Positions 9,880-22,245 are shown, counted from the first letter of the whole stretch. The stretch: 53,327 bases of DNA, filler included, from Catajapyx aquilonaris (GCA_000934665.2; 2 parts of 2 records of this genome joined end to end with filler, not necessarily neighbours in it), one strand, 5' to 3'. The notes: generated from the letters alone by a model not told the origin. Numbers and translations: made by a program.

Positions 9880-11251
9880 TTAAGGATGGAATGGGAGGGC
9901 AGAGGAAGCAGGGGCTGACCCAGGAGATGGTTCCAGAAGTGGGCGACGACGACCTGTCTCACGCTGGATCAACTGATGGAGCTTGTTCAGTCGCTCCTGT
10001 AGTGGAAAATCTTCCCATCATTATGGAATCCAGTAATGCATGTCACTGAACATGTAATCACTTCAAGAAGTGTATCATATTGTAGTTATCCACCACAAGA
10101 CTCATACATTTCATGCGAACTATTTAAATAGAGCAGAAACAGGATTTGCATACTGGAAAGAAAAAAAGCATTTCACTGACAATGAATTTGTAAATATTAC
10201 CATGTCATTCAGCATTCTGAAGCATGTCAGTATAAAACAAGGCGTCCCAGGGGGCCTGTATATCCCACCAGGAGCTGGTCAGGCAGTACAAAGAGGGGAC
10301 CCCCACTCTATACATAGTAGGCTACTATAGTATTTATCATCATCTAACTCTGCAATTGTGGCTGCAGGAAACAGTTTAGAAATTACTGTTGAATCTGGAT
10401 ATAACAGCCTCCAGGCTACAACAGACTCGAAATGCTGGTCCCAGCATACTCCCATATGTGGCCTGTGTATTCTGCTATAATAGACCTTCGTTATAACAGA
10501 CTGATTGGCGTGGTCCCTTGAAATCTGTTACTGCACATGGATATTGATTTATTTCTGCCCACTGCCCAAAGCATATTGAGTTTCTCAGTAATAATAATTT
10601 CATAGTGCCAGCAGAGTAAAAATCCCCACAGTGTGTCAGACTTTGATTAGGCCTCCATCACTACTTGTATCAGCTGTTGAGCAAGCCCTAAATCCTTGAA
10701 CACTAGAATCACACAAGGGCCAGGCTTTGTCATGCTCAAATACCAAAACACAGCCAATCCGTATCTACCTGTGTAGTCTGAAGAACGGTGCTGACCACAG
10801 TGACCCTCCTCCTAGCGTTGATAAGCTTTTTGACGTAATGATCCAGGTCGATGGGGCACTGCTGCTCACCTGCTATTCCCCTCAACTCCTCCGACAGAGC
10901 CTCAATCTGCTGCCTCAGCTCTACTTGACTTATCCTGCAAAAAGGTGCGGGTCCGTTATGTCCACAATGCACGAGACACAACCACAAGCTACACACATCG
11001 CATCTCAATAACATCAGCCACCGCCCAATCTATTCCTTTTCAAATAATTGTCTAATTAAGAAGCCTAATTAGCCGGGATGCCCATACTTGGTGGCCTTGA
11101 CCCTCTCGTCCAGCTGATCCAGAGTTGGCTTGAGCAACCCAACGAGCCCCTCTGCCAGCGAGTCCCTGGTTGGATTGTCCCCGTCTCCGAAGGCGAAGTC
11201 CTCTGTCTTGTCCTCCAAGGAAGTGGTGGTGCTGGCCGTGTCCACTTCCAT
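9880..11251 (-). CDS. SNAPIN: Snapin (BLOC-1 subunit 7 / BORC subunit), 148 aa; exons 11251-11088, 10934-10769, 9996-9880
   Basis: Phase-consistent splicing gives MEVDTASTTTSLEDKTEDF...NPTRDSLAEGLVGLLKPTLDQLDERVKATKISQVELRQQI...DLDHYVKKLINARRRVTVVSTVLQTTQERLNKLH, matching the Snapin family signature. Confidence 0.94.
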
Positions 11252-11819
11252 GCTCGTCGTGTCGCCTCGGGAAGGAGGCAGGCAGAGGCAGGGAGGCGCC
11301 CAACTACGCCTCAAACACTACACACCCGACTAGTCACTCGCAGCCTCAGCGGTCGCCATCATTTTTCTGCAACTAGACACTCGGGAACGGACCGATAGAC
11401 TGACTGACTGAGGAACCCTGTGAATTAAGCGGAATTAAGCAAAGGACGCCTTTAATTCAGATTAGCCATAAAACTCATCCTAATCTAATCACAGGTTGTA
11501 TGCTGCAAAATACCTAGTGAATTTCTCTCAACACAATAATGGTAGTGGACAAGGGAACGTTCCTTCAATGACAGCAAAAAAAAATTATAATAAAATAAAA
11601 GTAAAATTGTGGAGAGGACACTTGAGGTACGGCCGGGTACGGCGAAGACGTCGTCGGTGGAGGAGCAGACGGTGACATATCAGCTCCAGTTGCCTTTCCC
11701 TAAGTGCACCTGTGCAGCTGGCACTGCATCATCAGGAATCCTGGCATATTTTATGAGGCAAGGCTGCACAGTACCCCAAGCGACAAGGTGAAAGCAGGTG
11801 CTGAGACTGACTGACTGCG
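11252..11819. promoter_or_regulatory. Putative bidirectional promoter between Snapin and VAMP4
   Basis: Divergent start codons with only 568 bp between them; locally CpG-rich; ATGGCG (YY1-like) motif on the minus strand near 11355. Confidence 0.6.
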
Positions 11820-13444
11820 ATGCCACCCAAGTTTAGGCGCAACCTGTCCGACGAGGATCTGACTGGTGCACATGACACGGAGAAGGTAACAGGCAACACT
11901 AGCTGCAGTCCCAGGTGAGGCTGATTGGGCATTAACACTTATTTACTCTGGTGTCTGTCATGTTATTATAGGAAGGGCTCCTTGGTGGGGATGGGCCATC
12001 CAGAGGGGTGCCGGTGGACGATGATGAAGATGAGGATTTCTTCCTCAAAGGGCCTTCACCCAAGATCAAGTCGGTTCGTTTTGAGGAGGATGACAAGATC
12101 AAACAGTACGTATGCCAAGTAACTCTCTGTCATCACTGCTAGCCGGAAGGATGTTCAGTTAAAATGACAACTGGTGTTAAACAGCGGGCAAGTAAGCACC
12201 AAGTTACAGAGTGTCTAGAAATTCCTTTTTCCAGATGCCAAGTCATTTGGCACTTCCCTGGATAAAGTATACAGGGTGTTTATTGTAACTCTGCAAAGAC
12301 TTTCAGGGGTAATAGAGGGGACCAAGACAAGTATTTTTGACATAGGAATCTGTGTCCGGAAACGCCATCTAGAGGGGGTTCATAGACAAGGAACGGGTGC
12401 GCTCAGACGCTTCATGCGGGAGGCGCTAGGTGAGGGGACTGTTTTGTTGATAGATAGCGCTCGGATAGTAAACACCAATGTGATGTGCCATAACCTGGCA
12501 ACAGCAGAGCCATCTAACAACTAAAGTACACCTCCTAGGAGATGCGCGGATAGTCAACAGCGGTTCTGTTGTTGCCAGGTTATAGCGTATCGCGTTGTTG
12601 TTTTACTTACAATGACGCGATACGCCATAACCTGGCAACAACTGCGCGCCATCTATCAACAAAACAGTCCGCTCTCTTAGCGCCTCTCGCCTGACGCATC
12701 TGAGCGCACCCGTTCCTTGTCTATGAACCCCCTCTAGATGGCGTTTCCGGACACGGGTTCCTATGTCAAAAATACTTGTATTGGTCCCCTCTATTACCCC
12801 TGAAAGTCTTTGCAGAGTTACAATAAACACCCTGTATATCAGGCATGAGCATGGACATGACACATGAGTAAGAAAACTCAAGAGCTGTTGTTATGTTGGT
12901 TTTGTTGGATTTTGTGAACCACCAAATGTAGGCATACATGTATTTTTACTAGGTGTACGAAAACAATAAAATTACAGCCTAAAGTAACATCATAAATCAC
13001 ACCATTGCATTGCATTGGAATGAAGAAAGTCATCCCAGTGATTTTTAATGATGGAAGTGGTACAGAGAAGTGGTGTGGCCTGGGCCTCCCCCAGTGTGCT
13101 GACCAGTGTGTTTATCTCATGAACAGGGTACGAGTCCAGATCCAGGAGGTGACAGCAGTGATGCAGGACAATGTTGGCCGCCTTCTAGAGAGAGGGGATA
13201 GGCTTGAATCATTGCAGGACCGCTCAGATTCTTTGAATGAGGCCAGCTCACAGTTTAGGGCTGCTTCCATACAAGTCAGCAGGAAGATGTGGTGGAGGGA
13301 TATGCGGATGAGAATCATCCTGGGCATCGTGTTTACCATAATTCTTGTCATCATCTTCGGTAAGTTAAGAATGCCATTTCTGTTACACATGTCATTATCA
13401 TACATTGTTCGCTTTCAGTTTCAGTATACTCCCAGTATAGTTAG
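11820..13444 (+). CDS. VAMP4: Vesicle-associated membrane protein 4 (R-SNARE), about 152 aa; exons 11820-11885, 11972-12105, 13127-13359, 13419-13444
   Basis: MPPKFRRNLSDEDLTG N-terminus, dileucine EKEGLL, acidic cluster DDDEDEDFFLKGPS, synaptobrevin domain VMQDNVGRLLERGDRLESLQDRS...MWW, and a TM helix. Junction phases are consistent. The last exon (VSVYSQYS*) is less certain, with an alternative in-frame acceptor 6 nt later. AATAAA at 13645. Confidence 0.93.
12272..12834. mobile_element. Tc1/mariner-type MITE with about 190-bp near-perfect TIRs in VAMP4 intron 2
   Basis: TA|CAGGGTGTTTATTGTAACTCTGCAAAGAC ... GTCTTTGCAGAGTTACAATAAACACCCTG|TA. The mirrored ORFs 12276-12524 and 12603-12881 reflect the palindrome. 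Confidence 0.92.
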
Positions 13445-14090
13445 TTCCTGCACATTTCCTCATGGTGAAGGATGAATTAATGAACTGAATAATCATGATG
13501 AAAAAATGAGCTACTACCAAAAGAACTGCCCCGAAGTATTACTATTGGTATTCTGAAGGGAAGAAGTTGCAGCAAGTGAATATGAAAGAGAAGCATGATG
13601 TTTTTGCGCTATTTAACTATTGTAATTAAGATGTATCACTTTATAATAAAAAGCTGAAATTAACTAATTTGAAGTGTAAGTCTGCACTGATTGTCATGTA
13701 TTTTTATGCCTGCAATTCCCTGCCACCAGTCCCAGATGTTTCCCCCTCCCCTCTTTCCATTAAGGAATACCCGGTATTGAGCACCTTGAGAAGAAGCATT
13801 ATGAACAAGATTTCAACTAACAATCTGATCCATGCGGTAGTCAGTTATGGCAATGTACATACCACATGGAACTTTGTAAGCACACTTCACGCAGCCACCT
13901 CCCCCAAATGGGTTATTCTTGTGAATTCAGTTTGCACAAAATGATTTCCTCACCAAACAATGTGATAGCAAAAAGACTTAGTTATTAGTTAGTTACACTA
14001 CATGTGCACACATGCTCAACAATGATGAAGGCAAGAATATTGCTTTCCATCACATCTGAGTTACTGCAAAAATGTCTGACACTTACTTGT

Positions 14091-14840
14091 TAAGGCAGCG
14101 GAGTACCAAAAAAACAAACGGTAACAATGCGAGCCCTTGGTGACAACCCAAACAAATTCGCTTATGCATGAGCAGCATATCGTCGGCCGGCGATCAAAAC
14201 CTCGTAACTCCTCAAGACCAAATTTTACAGGAGGGACAAAAAACATTTTGTAAAATCATATTTTCTGTTCATGCTGACAATTATTCCTACAGTATAGCGA
14301 CAGCGTAACGTAAACCTTACCTTTCATAAGGGTGATGTTGAATTCATGTACACCGTTGCAAAGTTGTGCAAAGGGACTTGGAAGGTACGCAAGTCCATTT
14401 TCGCGCAAAATGGAGTTACGAGGTTTTGATCGCCGGCCGACGATATGGGGATTCGGCATGTCTACATTTCTGTGGCCCTACGACAGCAAAAATAGTTCAA
14501 TCGACACCGAAATTGCATCAAAAAATAGATGATCTGGCACAGGGTCCCTAGTTCGTCTTTTTCCCATTTTCGGCCTAAAAGTGACATTTAGGACGTTGAA
14601 GTGAGTGGAAAACGACGCTTTCGAGAAGTCAATTTTAACATGACAGCAGAAATTGCGTGAAAATCTGACACATTTCTGTGGCCATATGCCCACAATTTTA
14701 ATGCAATCATGTTAAGTATGGTATCATTGTAAAGGCCAAATCTTTGTGCAGGGCACCTAGTTCGTGTTTTTCTAGATTAATGTCGCATTTCACAACGAAA
14801 AAATACTGTTCCCTCAAAAAAGGGCCTACCGCTGGCCTAC
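14091..14840. mobile_element. Probable non-autonomous DNA transposon between the VAMP4 and IVNS1ABP 3' ends
   Basis: Perfect 36-bp internal inverted repeat (14176-14211 / 14412-14447). Direct repeats acatttctgtggcc and cctagttcgt. Weak termini TAAGGCAGCGG / TAGGCCAGCGG(rc). CpG-rich relative to flanks. No TSD found. Confidence 0.5.
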
Positions 14841-16275
14841 CGTATTTTTACTACTGCAGCAGTTGACACAAACTTGAGCAACAGCTACATTAATCCCAAA
14901 TCAGTCTGAAAAACCATCAGTCGATTAAATCAAAATGAAAGGCTATTAGGAAGCAGAGAGAGTAATGTTTACATTCACTTTTTATTTATCACGTCCTCCA
15001 GAATCTTATCAAATACTGCCCAGTGTAAAGTTGGTGCCCCAGGGAAAAGGAGGAGGAGAGAAAAAAAATACGAGTACAAAATAAAAACCCCCCTTTTCCC
15101 ATCCCAAGGAGGAAAAACAGTACAGTACAAAGCGGTACATAGGAATGTGTCTTGTGTTTGTGTGTGTGTACAAGTGTATACATGAAGAAACGTGTTTGCA
15201 CATTCAAAAAGTGAACTTTTCTTCATCGATTTGGAGGGGATGTAGTTTCAAACAAGCTTCCACTGTCACGTCAATTGATTCATCTGAAATCCTGGAATGC
15301 CTAACTTGGGCAAAAAAGATCGGAATGATTCCAATGATGTTGATTTGTCAAGAATCGCATTTTTTCCTTCAGTTTTTTGATATCTATTTACCAAAGTACC
15401 CATGACCCTGTTGTTTTATCTTAATGCAATCGTTATTACAGTTCCAGAGTCCCTAGATGTAGCAGCAGTTACTAGTATTGGCCCCTAGTTTTGCGACTTT
15501 AAATCCACGACTTTTCATTAAACCGGGAGGTAAATTCGCCTCGTCCAGACAGTTTTCCTTTGTGTCTGCAAATGCAAGGGATGGTTCTTATATGATGGTA
15601 GCGTAAAGGACTACCACTTGTCACATGTTAAATACTCTAGTCACGTTTTTCCCTAGGTCGAATCTCTGGTCTTGCTAAAAACGCAAAAAGTAGAGAAAAA
15701 ATTGCGTCACAACATAAAACATTGTATTCTTCTTGCATTGCTCTTGCTTTCTACTTGGAAATTTATCTATATTTTGTTGCTTTGCACCTACATACTGCAA
15801 CTTGGTTATTTTTCCTTGCACCTAATCTAAACCTATCAAGGGGGAGGATTAATACTCTCACCATTACTTATCTTCTCCATACCATAAATCAGCCTTCAGG
15901 TGTGCCTCAGTACAAAAAGAGGTAAACAGGATACAGGAATCGGCAACATAGAACCAAGTCAAAAAATAAAAGTTGGATATGGCAACGAAAATGAGAGACA
16001 AAGTTGGAAATTAATAACGCTACTGGAGGACAGGCCAAAAAAACCAACCCCCTTTTGCCATCCCTACTAATTTTCGCACTTGACACCCAGGGGTTGAATT
16101 AGCTCAGCTTTGCAAGGGAATCACTACAACACCACAACCACAAGATGTGGCACTTCCCCTGCAAAGTTGAGTGCACTCAACCTTCTCCATTACTACCATT
16201 TAAAAAACAGGGGTCAAGAACAAGTGCAAGACATGTACACAAAAATTTTCGCTGCCTTTTCTCTTTCTCCTCTGT

Positions 16276-19200
16276 TTAGCTCTTTCCATACTCTGCAAAT
16301 TCTTTGATCCCATTGAGTGCAGCTGTGATGACAGTTGGGTCAGGACTTGACCTTTCAGGTGAAGGTGACCTAGATGGGGACGTGGACACAATTGACCCCT
16401 CTGACTGGCATGAGGAAGAAGACAATGCTCCGGTCTTGTTTCCGTTGCAGTGGACCATTTCCACCGACTTGACTTCGTCGTCTTCCTCCTCTTCAGTGGT
16501 AGCCCCATCTTCCTTGTGGACAAATGTGGTCCACTCTCCATCCAGAGATTCCAGGTACTCGATGCTATTCAGGAAGTTTTTTCCTGCAAAAGGGGGGAGG
16601 GAAGGAACGGAAAGGAAGGGGAAGAAAATCATTAGATACGATTCACAAGGTGCAAATTATTAAGTGTAAAACCAAAATCTGGAAAATAAAAAGTTGCATT
16701 AGAACAGCACCTAAAATATAAACAGACTTGGGTCAGCGCGTGAAGGGGTAGGGTTTTAAAAAATTAAACAAGGTGACTCTCATGGATATTATGCCAAGGC
16801 AACATGCATGCAATCAATTATTATGAAAAATCTGGTAGGCTATTCTACATTAGAACTAATGCCAATTACAATGTAATCCAGAAGAGTCTAAATGGCATGG
16901 CTAGACCACAGCCACAGATCTGAAAAATTAGCCAAGTTCAAGCCACTCTCTCTAAAAGCATTTGCATGAGCAAATTTTAATATCCATTATTATTTCAGAA
17001 TTTTGATGGCAATTTGATAGGTCTGTGGCATTGGCACTGCAATGGTGACACTACTACTCACTGCACAGTGTGTAGGTCGAAATAAGATTTTCTGTGCTTT
17101 TTTGTGTGGAGATAAAAGCAGCATCAGACTAACCTGAGAATCCCCCAACGGCATAGAGCCTGTTACCCACCACGGCCACCCCCACATTGGCCCTGCAGGC
17201 AGTCATGTTTGGACCTGGGCTCCACCGTTTTGTTGCTGGGTCATAGATCTCTGTTGAGCACAGTGAGTGGCTCCCATCTGAGCCTCCAACTACCACTAGC
17301 TTGCCTGTAAAGAATGTTGTTGGTCAGATACATCTTGCTTATTAAAATCTATTCACAAATAAGAAGACATACCATTGAACACGGAAGCTCCACAGCCTCT
17401 CCTGGCTGTTCCCATCTCCGTAATGAAGCTCCACTTGTCTGCTACCGGGTCATAAGACTCCACAGAGGTCATGCAATTCCAAGAGTCACATCCACCCACA
17501 GCATAAGTGCGGCCATCCATCACGCAAACACCACTCTGGTAGCGACCTGGTGGCAAAATAATTTTTTGTCATGTGGAACATTGAACCACGCGAATGTCTT
17601 TGAAAATGACATGCAGATATCCATTTTATAACATCCCCCCTTTTTAAAGCACTGATTACTAAATAATCACAGGGACAATGATATCTACTCACCAACATTA
17701 AGTGGTGCTATGCTGGTCCACTCATCCAGCTTAGCATCATAGGCGTCACACTGCCGGATTCCGTATTGCCCGTTCCAGCCACCGATGCAATACAGCTTTC
17801 CATCCAAATTGCAGACACCTACACGATGCAGAAAGTAAGAGCAGAAGAAAAAAGTGTGGTGGGGATGTTGCAGGAGAGAGGTGGAAGAGTGGGTGGGGAG
17901 AGAGAAATAAGTACATATTAATACATGCCCAGTTGGGATCAAGCACACTCTATGCCAAGCTTCTCAATCTCTCTTTTTTTGCTTGCACTTATTCTTTTAG
18001 CTCTCGCCTGCATTTCGTGCCACTTTTGGGGCGCTGCTTCTTTTCTTTGAGTCTGTCAGGGAATGGATCTGGGTGGAGGACTTGTAGGTGTGGTGACTTA
18101 TGAGCTTGGGTAAGGTGCATAAAAAAATGGCATGGGCAAGGAATAAAAAAAAGAGACGCAAAGGCAGAGCACGCCAATATTAGTTATAAAAAATATCCAC
18201 GATAAACAAAGTAGTGGAAACAAGAGTTATGGTTTTTTTTGCAGGCTCCAGTCGGATCAGGATACTCACCCCCAGGCTGCATCAAGTGGGTGGGATGGAG
18301 GTGCGGGGCCTGCAAATATTTTGTGAGACCGTGGGAAACAGTAGGCCCCTCAAATTTTTTGTTTGTTTGTCTCCCACAATATCATCATGAAGGTCGGCTG
18401 CAAGAGCAAATAAGTATGTTTTCTCCCTCTCTTTTCTCTCTCTCCTCTCAACTGCCAGATGATGCTGCAAACGAAGCAGAAGATCTTGCATGAGAGCCAA
18501 CACTGCCATATATGCCTTGAAACCTGTGGATTTTGTTTACCTCTTGTCTCTCCAGTAAAATAAAAAGTGAAGTATTATACAAAAACTGAGAAGAAAAAAG
18601 ACAACAGCTGGCAGCCACTCTGCGCCGGAGATGCCTTCCAGTTGCCAATATGAGACATGCACTTTCTTCTTCACCGTGACAGAAATGGTTTGTAGGATGC
18701 ATGGAACTGGGTCTCAGTGTTTTTCAAAAGAGTTACTCAACACTTGCATTTGGATTCTCAGTCCATTGCAACAAGGAAGAAATTCAACACTGGCTCTCAA
18801 TTTGTGTGTTCAACTGATGAATAAATTGTTATGAAAGCATGTCACCTCACTTTGCAAAAATCATCCTCCCTTCGACTCTCCCAATTCTTACATTCTACAC
18901 AAATGGTAAATGTGCTGTTATTCTCCAGAACACTATATCATGGGAAACTTGCATTTTGAAAAACACTGAAGGTATTGACAAGTGGGAAAGATGGAAAGTG
19001 GCTACCAACAAAAGCAGTACAGAAAATGCAGTCAACTGGCTCCATCCATTTCTGGGAGGTAGGATGCAGGATCCTAATTCCTCAAAAACAAAACAAAAAA
19101 AAGTTGGGAGGGAAAAAACCGAGCTCCTGCAGAAGGCTATCTGCTGTAAATCAGGCTTCTTTTGTGTGCATGTGCATGTGTGTGTACCTGTTTCATTCAA

Positions 19201-22200
19201 GATCTGTACAGAAAAGTTTGCTGGAAGAAATTTTTGCCTTGAATCCTGAACAAAGCCCTGCAAAAAGAAATAATGATCTCCAACTCTGCTAAAATTAATT
19301 CAAAATTCTTCATACCGCAATTCTTACGGCCTACCTGCTGCTCTCCTTGCATGAGTCACGTTTACCCTGAAAATTCTACCTTGTCCTACAACTTGCCCAA
19401 GAAAAACTTCATTCGTAAATGTTACTCTGACCTCAACTCGCCTGCATTTGACATTGCTTGAAACTACCCTGTAAGTAAACCAATCTTCCTGCAAGAACAA
19501 AAAATTGATCCAGCAAACTTCAGGGTGTGGAGACAAAAGTCAACAGAAAAGGATTGAAGCGCTGGGTAGCAAGGAAGGAGATGGCAGTAGTGTGCAGAGA
19601 TCATTTGGTCATAAGATAAACTAATGACCATAGCACATCACTGGCAACTAAGTGTTTTGAAGTGGGCAGAGCAGAAGGCAATCTACCCATGAGTTTGAGT
19701 TGGTCTAGACTCAGGCAAGGTCCTCTGACAGCAATCCTTTTTCATTAACTTCAAAAGACATTTATCTAACTTTCGTCAGCTTTCATGCAAGAGAGTCCTA
19801 GCTTCTATCACATTAGAGTGCACATTCCAAGACCTGACACACACCTAAATCTGTTTCCACTTCTAAGGATTGACCTGACCTTGCCCAAGCATATGACTCC
19901 ACAACTCAAAAATAGGGAAAGGGAGCAGCAAGAGGAAGTGAGGGTTGTGTGGATGGTCCTTGTTCCACCAACTCGAGGATACCAACCTGCATTGGACCTG
20001 GCAAGGGGCAGCTTAGCAGCAGGCTTCCACTTTCCAACCTGAGGATCAAACTGCTCCACAGTAGACAGCTCTGTGGTCCCATTGCTTCCTCCCACTGCAA
20101 AGACCTTCCCCTCCAGGCAGGCTATGGCGAAACGTCCTCGGGCTTCTCTCATCAGAGGTAGCTGAGACCACTTGTTCCTTCCCAGGTTGTATGATTCTGC
20201 CACTCGCAGGCACTCTGTCCTGTCATATCCTCCTGTAATATTCAAAAGAACAGGAGATAGATTTTTGCAGCCTACACATATCCACTCTTGGTAGTGAGGG
20301 TACATTGTCCCTTAAAACTAAAGGATGCTACGCACTAGCTAATTCTGTTACCCAACTCTGTGCCAGTTGCGTACAGAGTGGATATGGAAGAAAAAAACAC
20401 AATTGCATAAAAGCTCGGTGATTCCCCTAAACTACTAAAGGGAAGGGGAAAATGCACAGATGGCAATCTCTCTTCTTCCAGAGCAGTGTACTGCAAACTC
20501 AACAAACTCACCGCATACAATGAGGTCTTCCCCAAATTCGGCACATCCGACAGCACATTTTGCTGAACTCATAGGTGCCACAGGCTGGTATATCTTCTCC
20601 CTCTCCTGGCTCCCAGCACGACTGGAAGCGCTGGAGGTAGAGCTGGGGGTGGTGGAGAGGGGAGGCGCAGTGGAAGATGGGGATGGACTCTGCGAGTTGA
20701 TGCGCTGCACCACAGAGAGGGTTGAAAGCTGACCGCCAACTGTCACAAGGGCCAGAGAACTGTGCTCTGTTGGGAGATAAAATATTAAGTCACACACTTG
20801 CTTTTGAAAAGTTTAGATGGAGCACAGGAGTGAATCTAACCTGCAACACGTGTTGTAGCAATGACCTTCCAGTCATGGTCCACATCACCATCTGCCTGGT
20901 CACCAATATTGCGGGAATAAAGAAGGACCCTGGGCTTGACTGGCTGTGCAGGAGCACGCTTGCGTGGCTGAAAAAATACACAAGTTACTCAGAATAAACT
21001 TTTGATTACCAGAACTCTAGTACATAATAATCTGATAATGCCTCTCACCCAACTATCAAAATTCAACCTCTCCTCCTTGTAATACAAAGACAAAATGATA
21101 CACCCAGAATTGTAATGAACAGGCACATTCAATGAATTTACCGAATTCATAAATTCTATAAGTACTTCCAGCAAAAATTAATGCAAACACCAAATCTCCC
21201 AAAATTTGTACACACCTTGTGGTTGCTGTGGGACAACCTCTTAGACATCTTCTTATAGTCTTGCACAATCTCAGAGTCATTGAGCTCGCCATTGGGGATG
21301 TCGTTGCAATCCTGGAGGGAATTATCAAGTGCAACATAGAGCAGGTGGCTCTTTCCTATCAGCTGGTCCATGCTGATCTCCTGCCCTTCACACTGCTGCC
21401 TGTAGACCCACTCCATGACCAGCTTACATAGGGCAGCTGGATTGACCAATGCTCTCTCGTCCTTGGAACCATGCAGCACCTCCACCTGGATCCTCGGAAG
21501 AGACAGGATCCGAGGCTGGTGGGCCACCTGATCAATCTCTCGCTGTATGAATCCATCAATCTGGCCCACAAAGTCCTGCCGCCTACCAATACCAGGGAGG
21601 GAACGAACTTCCACACAGTTGGAGCAGTCTAAGTGGTCAATCAGATAGGCAGAGCAGGCCCGGGCTGCACTCTCCATCTTCAGACGGCTAGCAGCCAGGT
21701 ACACTGCTTTTACCAGATGAGGTGGGACTTGAAGCCTGAAAATAAATTGCCACAATCAGAAGAAATGTTGGGTTCCAAACTAATTAATGCTTGGAATTCT
21801 TATCATTAATAAATCTAAAGGATATCTAAAGGAATCTTAGTTACCTTGCTGTGTATGAATAGTCAACCAGCCTCTCAAAGGCCTCCCTTTCTATTCCACC
21901 ATTCAGCCTGTATGTAATGACATCTTCATGAATCTTCCCTTTGTTCTCATCATCCACTGTGAACAACTCCATTAGGTATGGTGATGCACAGGCCAGCACT
22001 GCACGGTGGGCATGGATGGCTGTCTTCCCCACCTGATATGGCATTACACAGTATTAATTGAGGGGTAATTGGGACTGGGTCTGGAGTGACAGAAAAGCTT
22101 CTCATACCTGTAAAATGACATCACAGAACTGCTTGTTCTTCCTCATCATGTCCAGTCCAGAGAGGGTCCGGGTGTAAAAGCCTTCGTCATTGAATATGAG

Positions 22201-22245
22201 GTCAATTGGTGGAGGGGGTCCGTCCAGTTCTTCTTCCTCGCCCAT
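16276..22245 (-). CDS. IVNS1ABP: Influenza virus NS1A-binding protein homolog (BTB-BACK-Kelch), about 750 aa; exons 22245-22108, 22032-21845, 21735-21216, 20967-20841, 20766-20512, 20232-19987, 17818-17693, 17546-17373, 17304-17134, 16583-16276
   Basis: All nine GT-AG junctions are phase-consistent (2253 nt total). MRKNKQFCDVILQVG..IHAHRAVLACASPYL BTB domain, VYLAASRLKM, SLQDC linker, Kelch repeats GGYDRTECL, LARSNAGVC, GGWNGQYG, and terminal VGGFSGKNFLNSIEY...EW are characteristic of NS1-BP. Minus-strand AATAAA at 14986-14981. Confidence 0.92.

Noticed and set aside
9835..9882. Stop-codon readthrough fusion Snapin-HemK2 (same frame)
   Set aside because: Two additional in-frame TAA codons lie in the 45-nt spacer.
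12276..12881. Two near-identical ORFs on opposite strands
   Set aside because: A by-product of MITE terminal inverted repeats.
15442..15488. Alternative last VAMP4 exon (ttattacag|TTCCAGAG...)
   Set aside because: A nearer acceptor at 13418 gives a typical short luminal tail followed by AATAAA; this site lies in the antisense IVNS1ABP 3'UTR.
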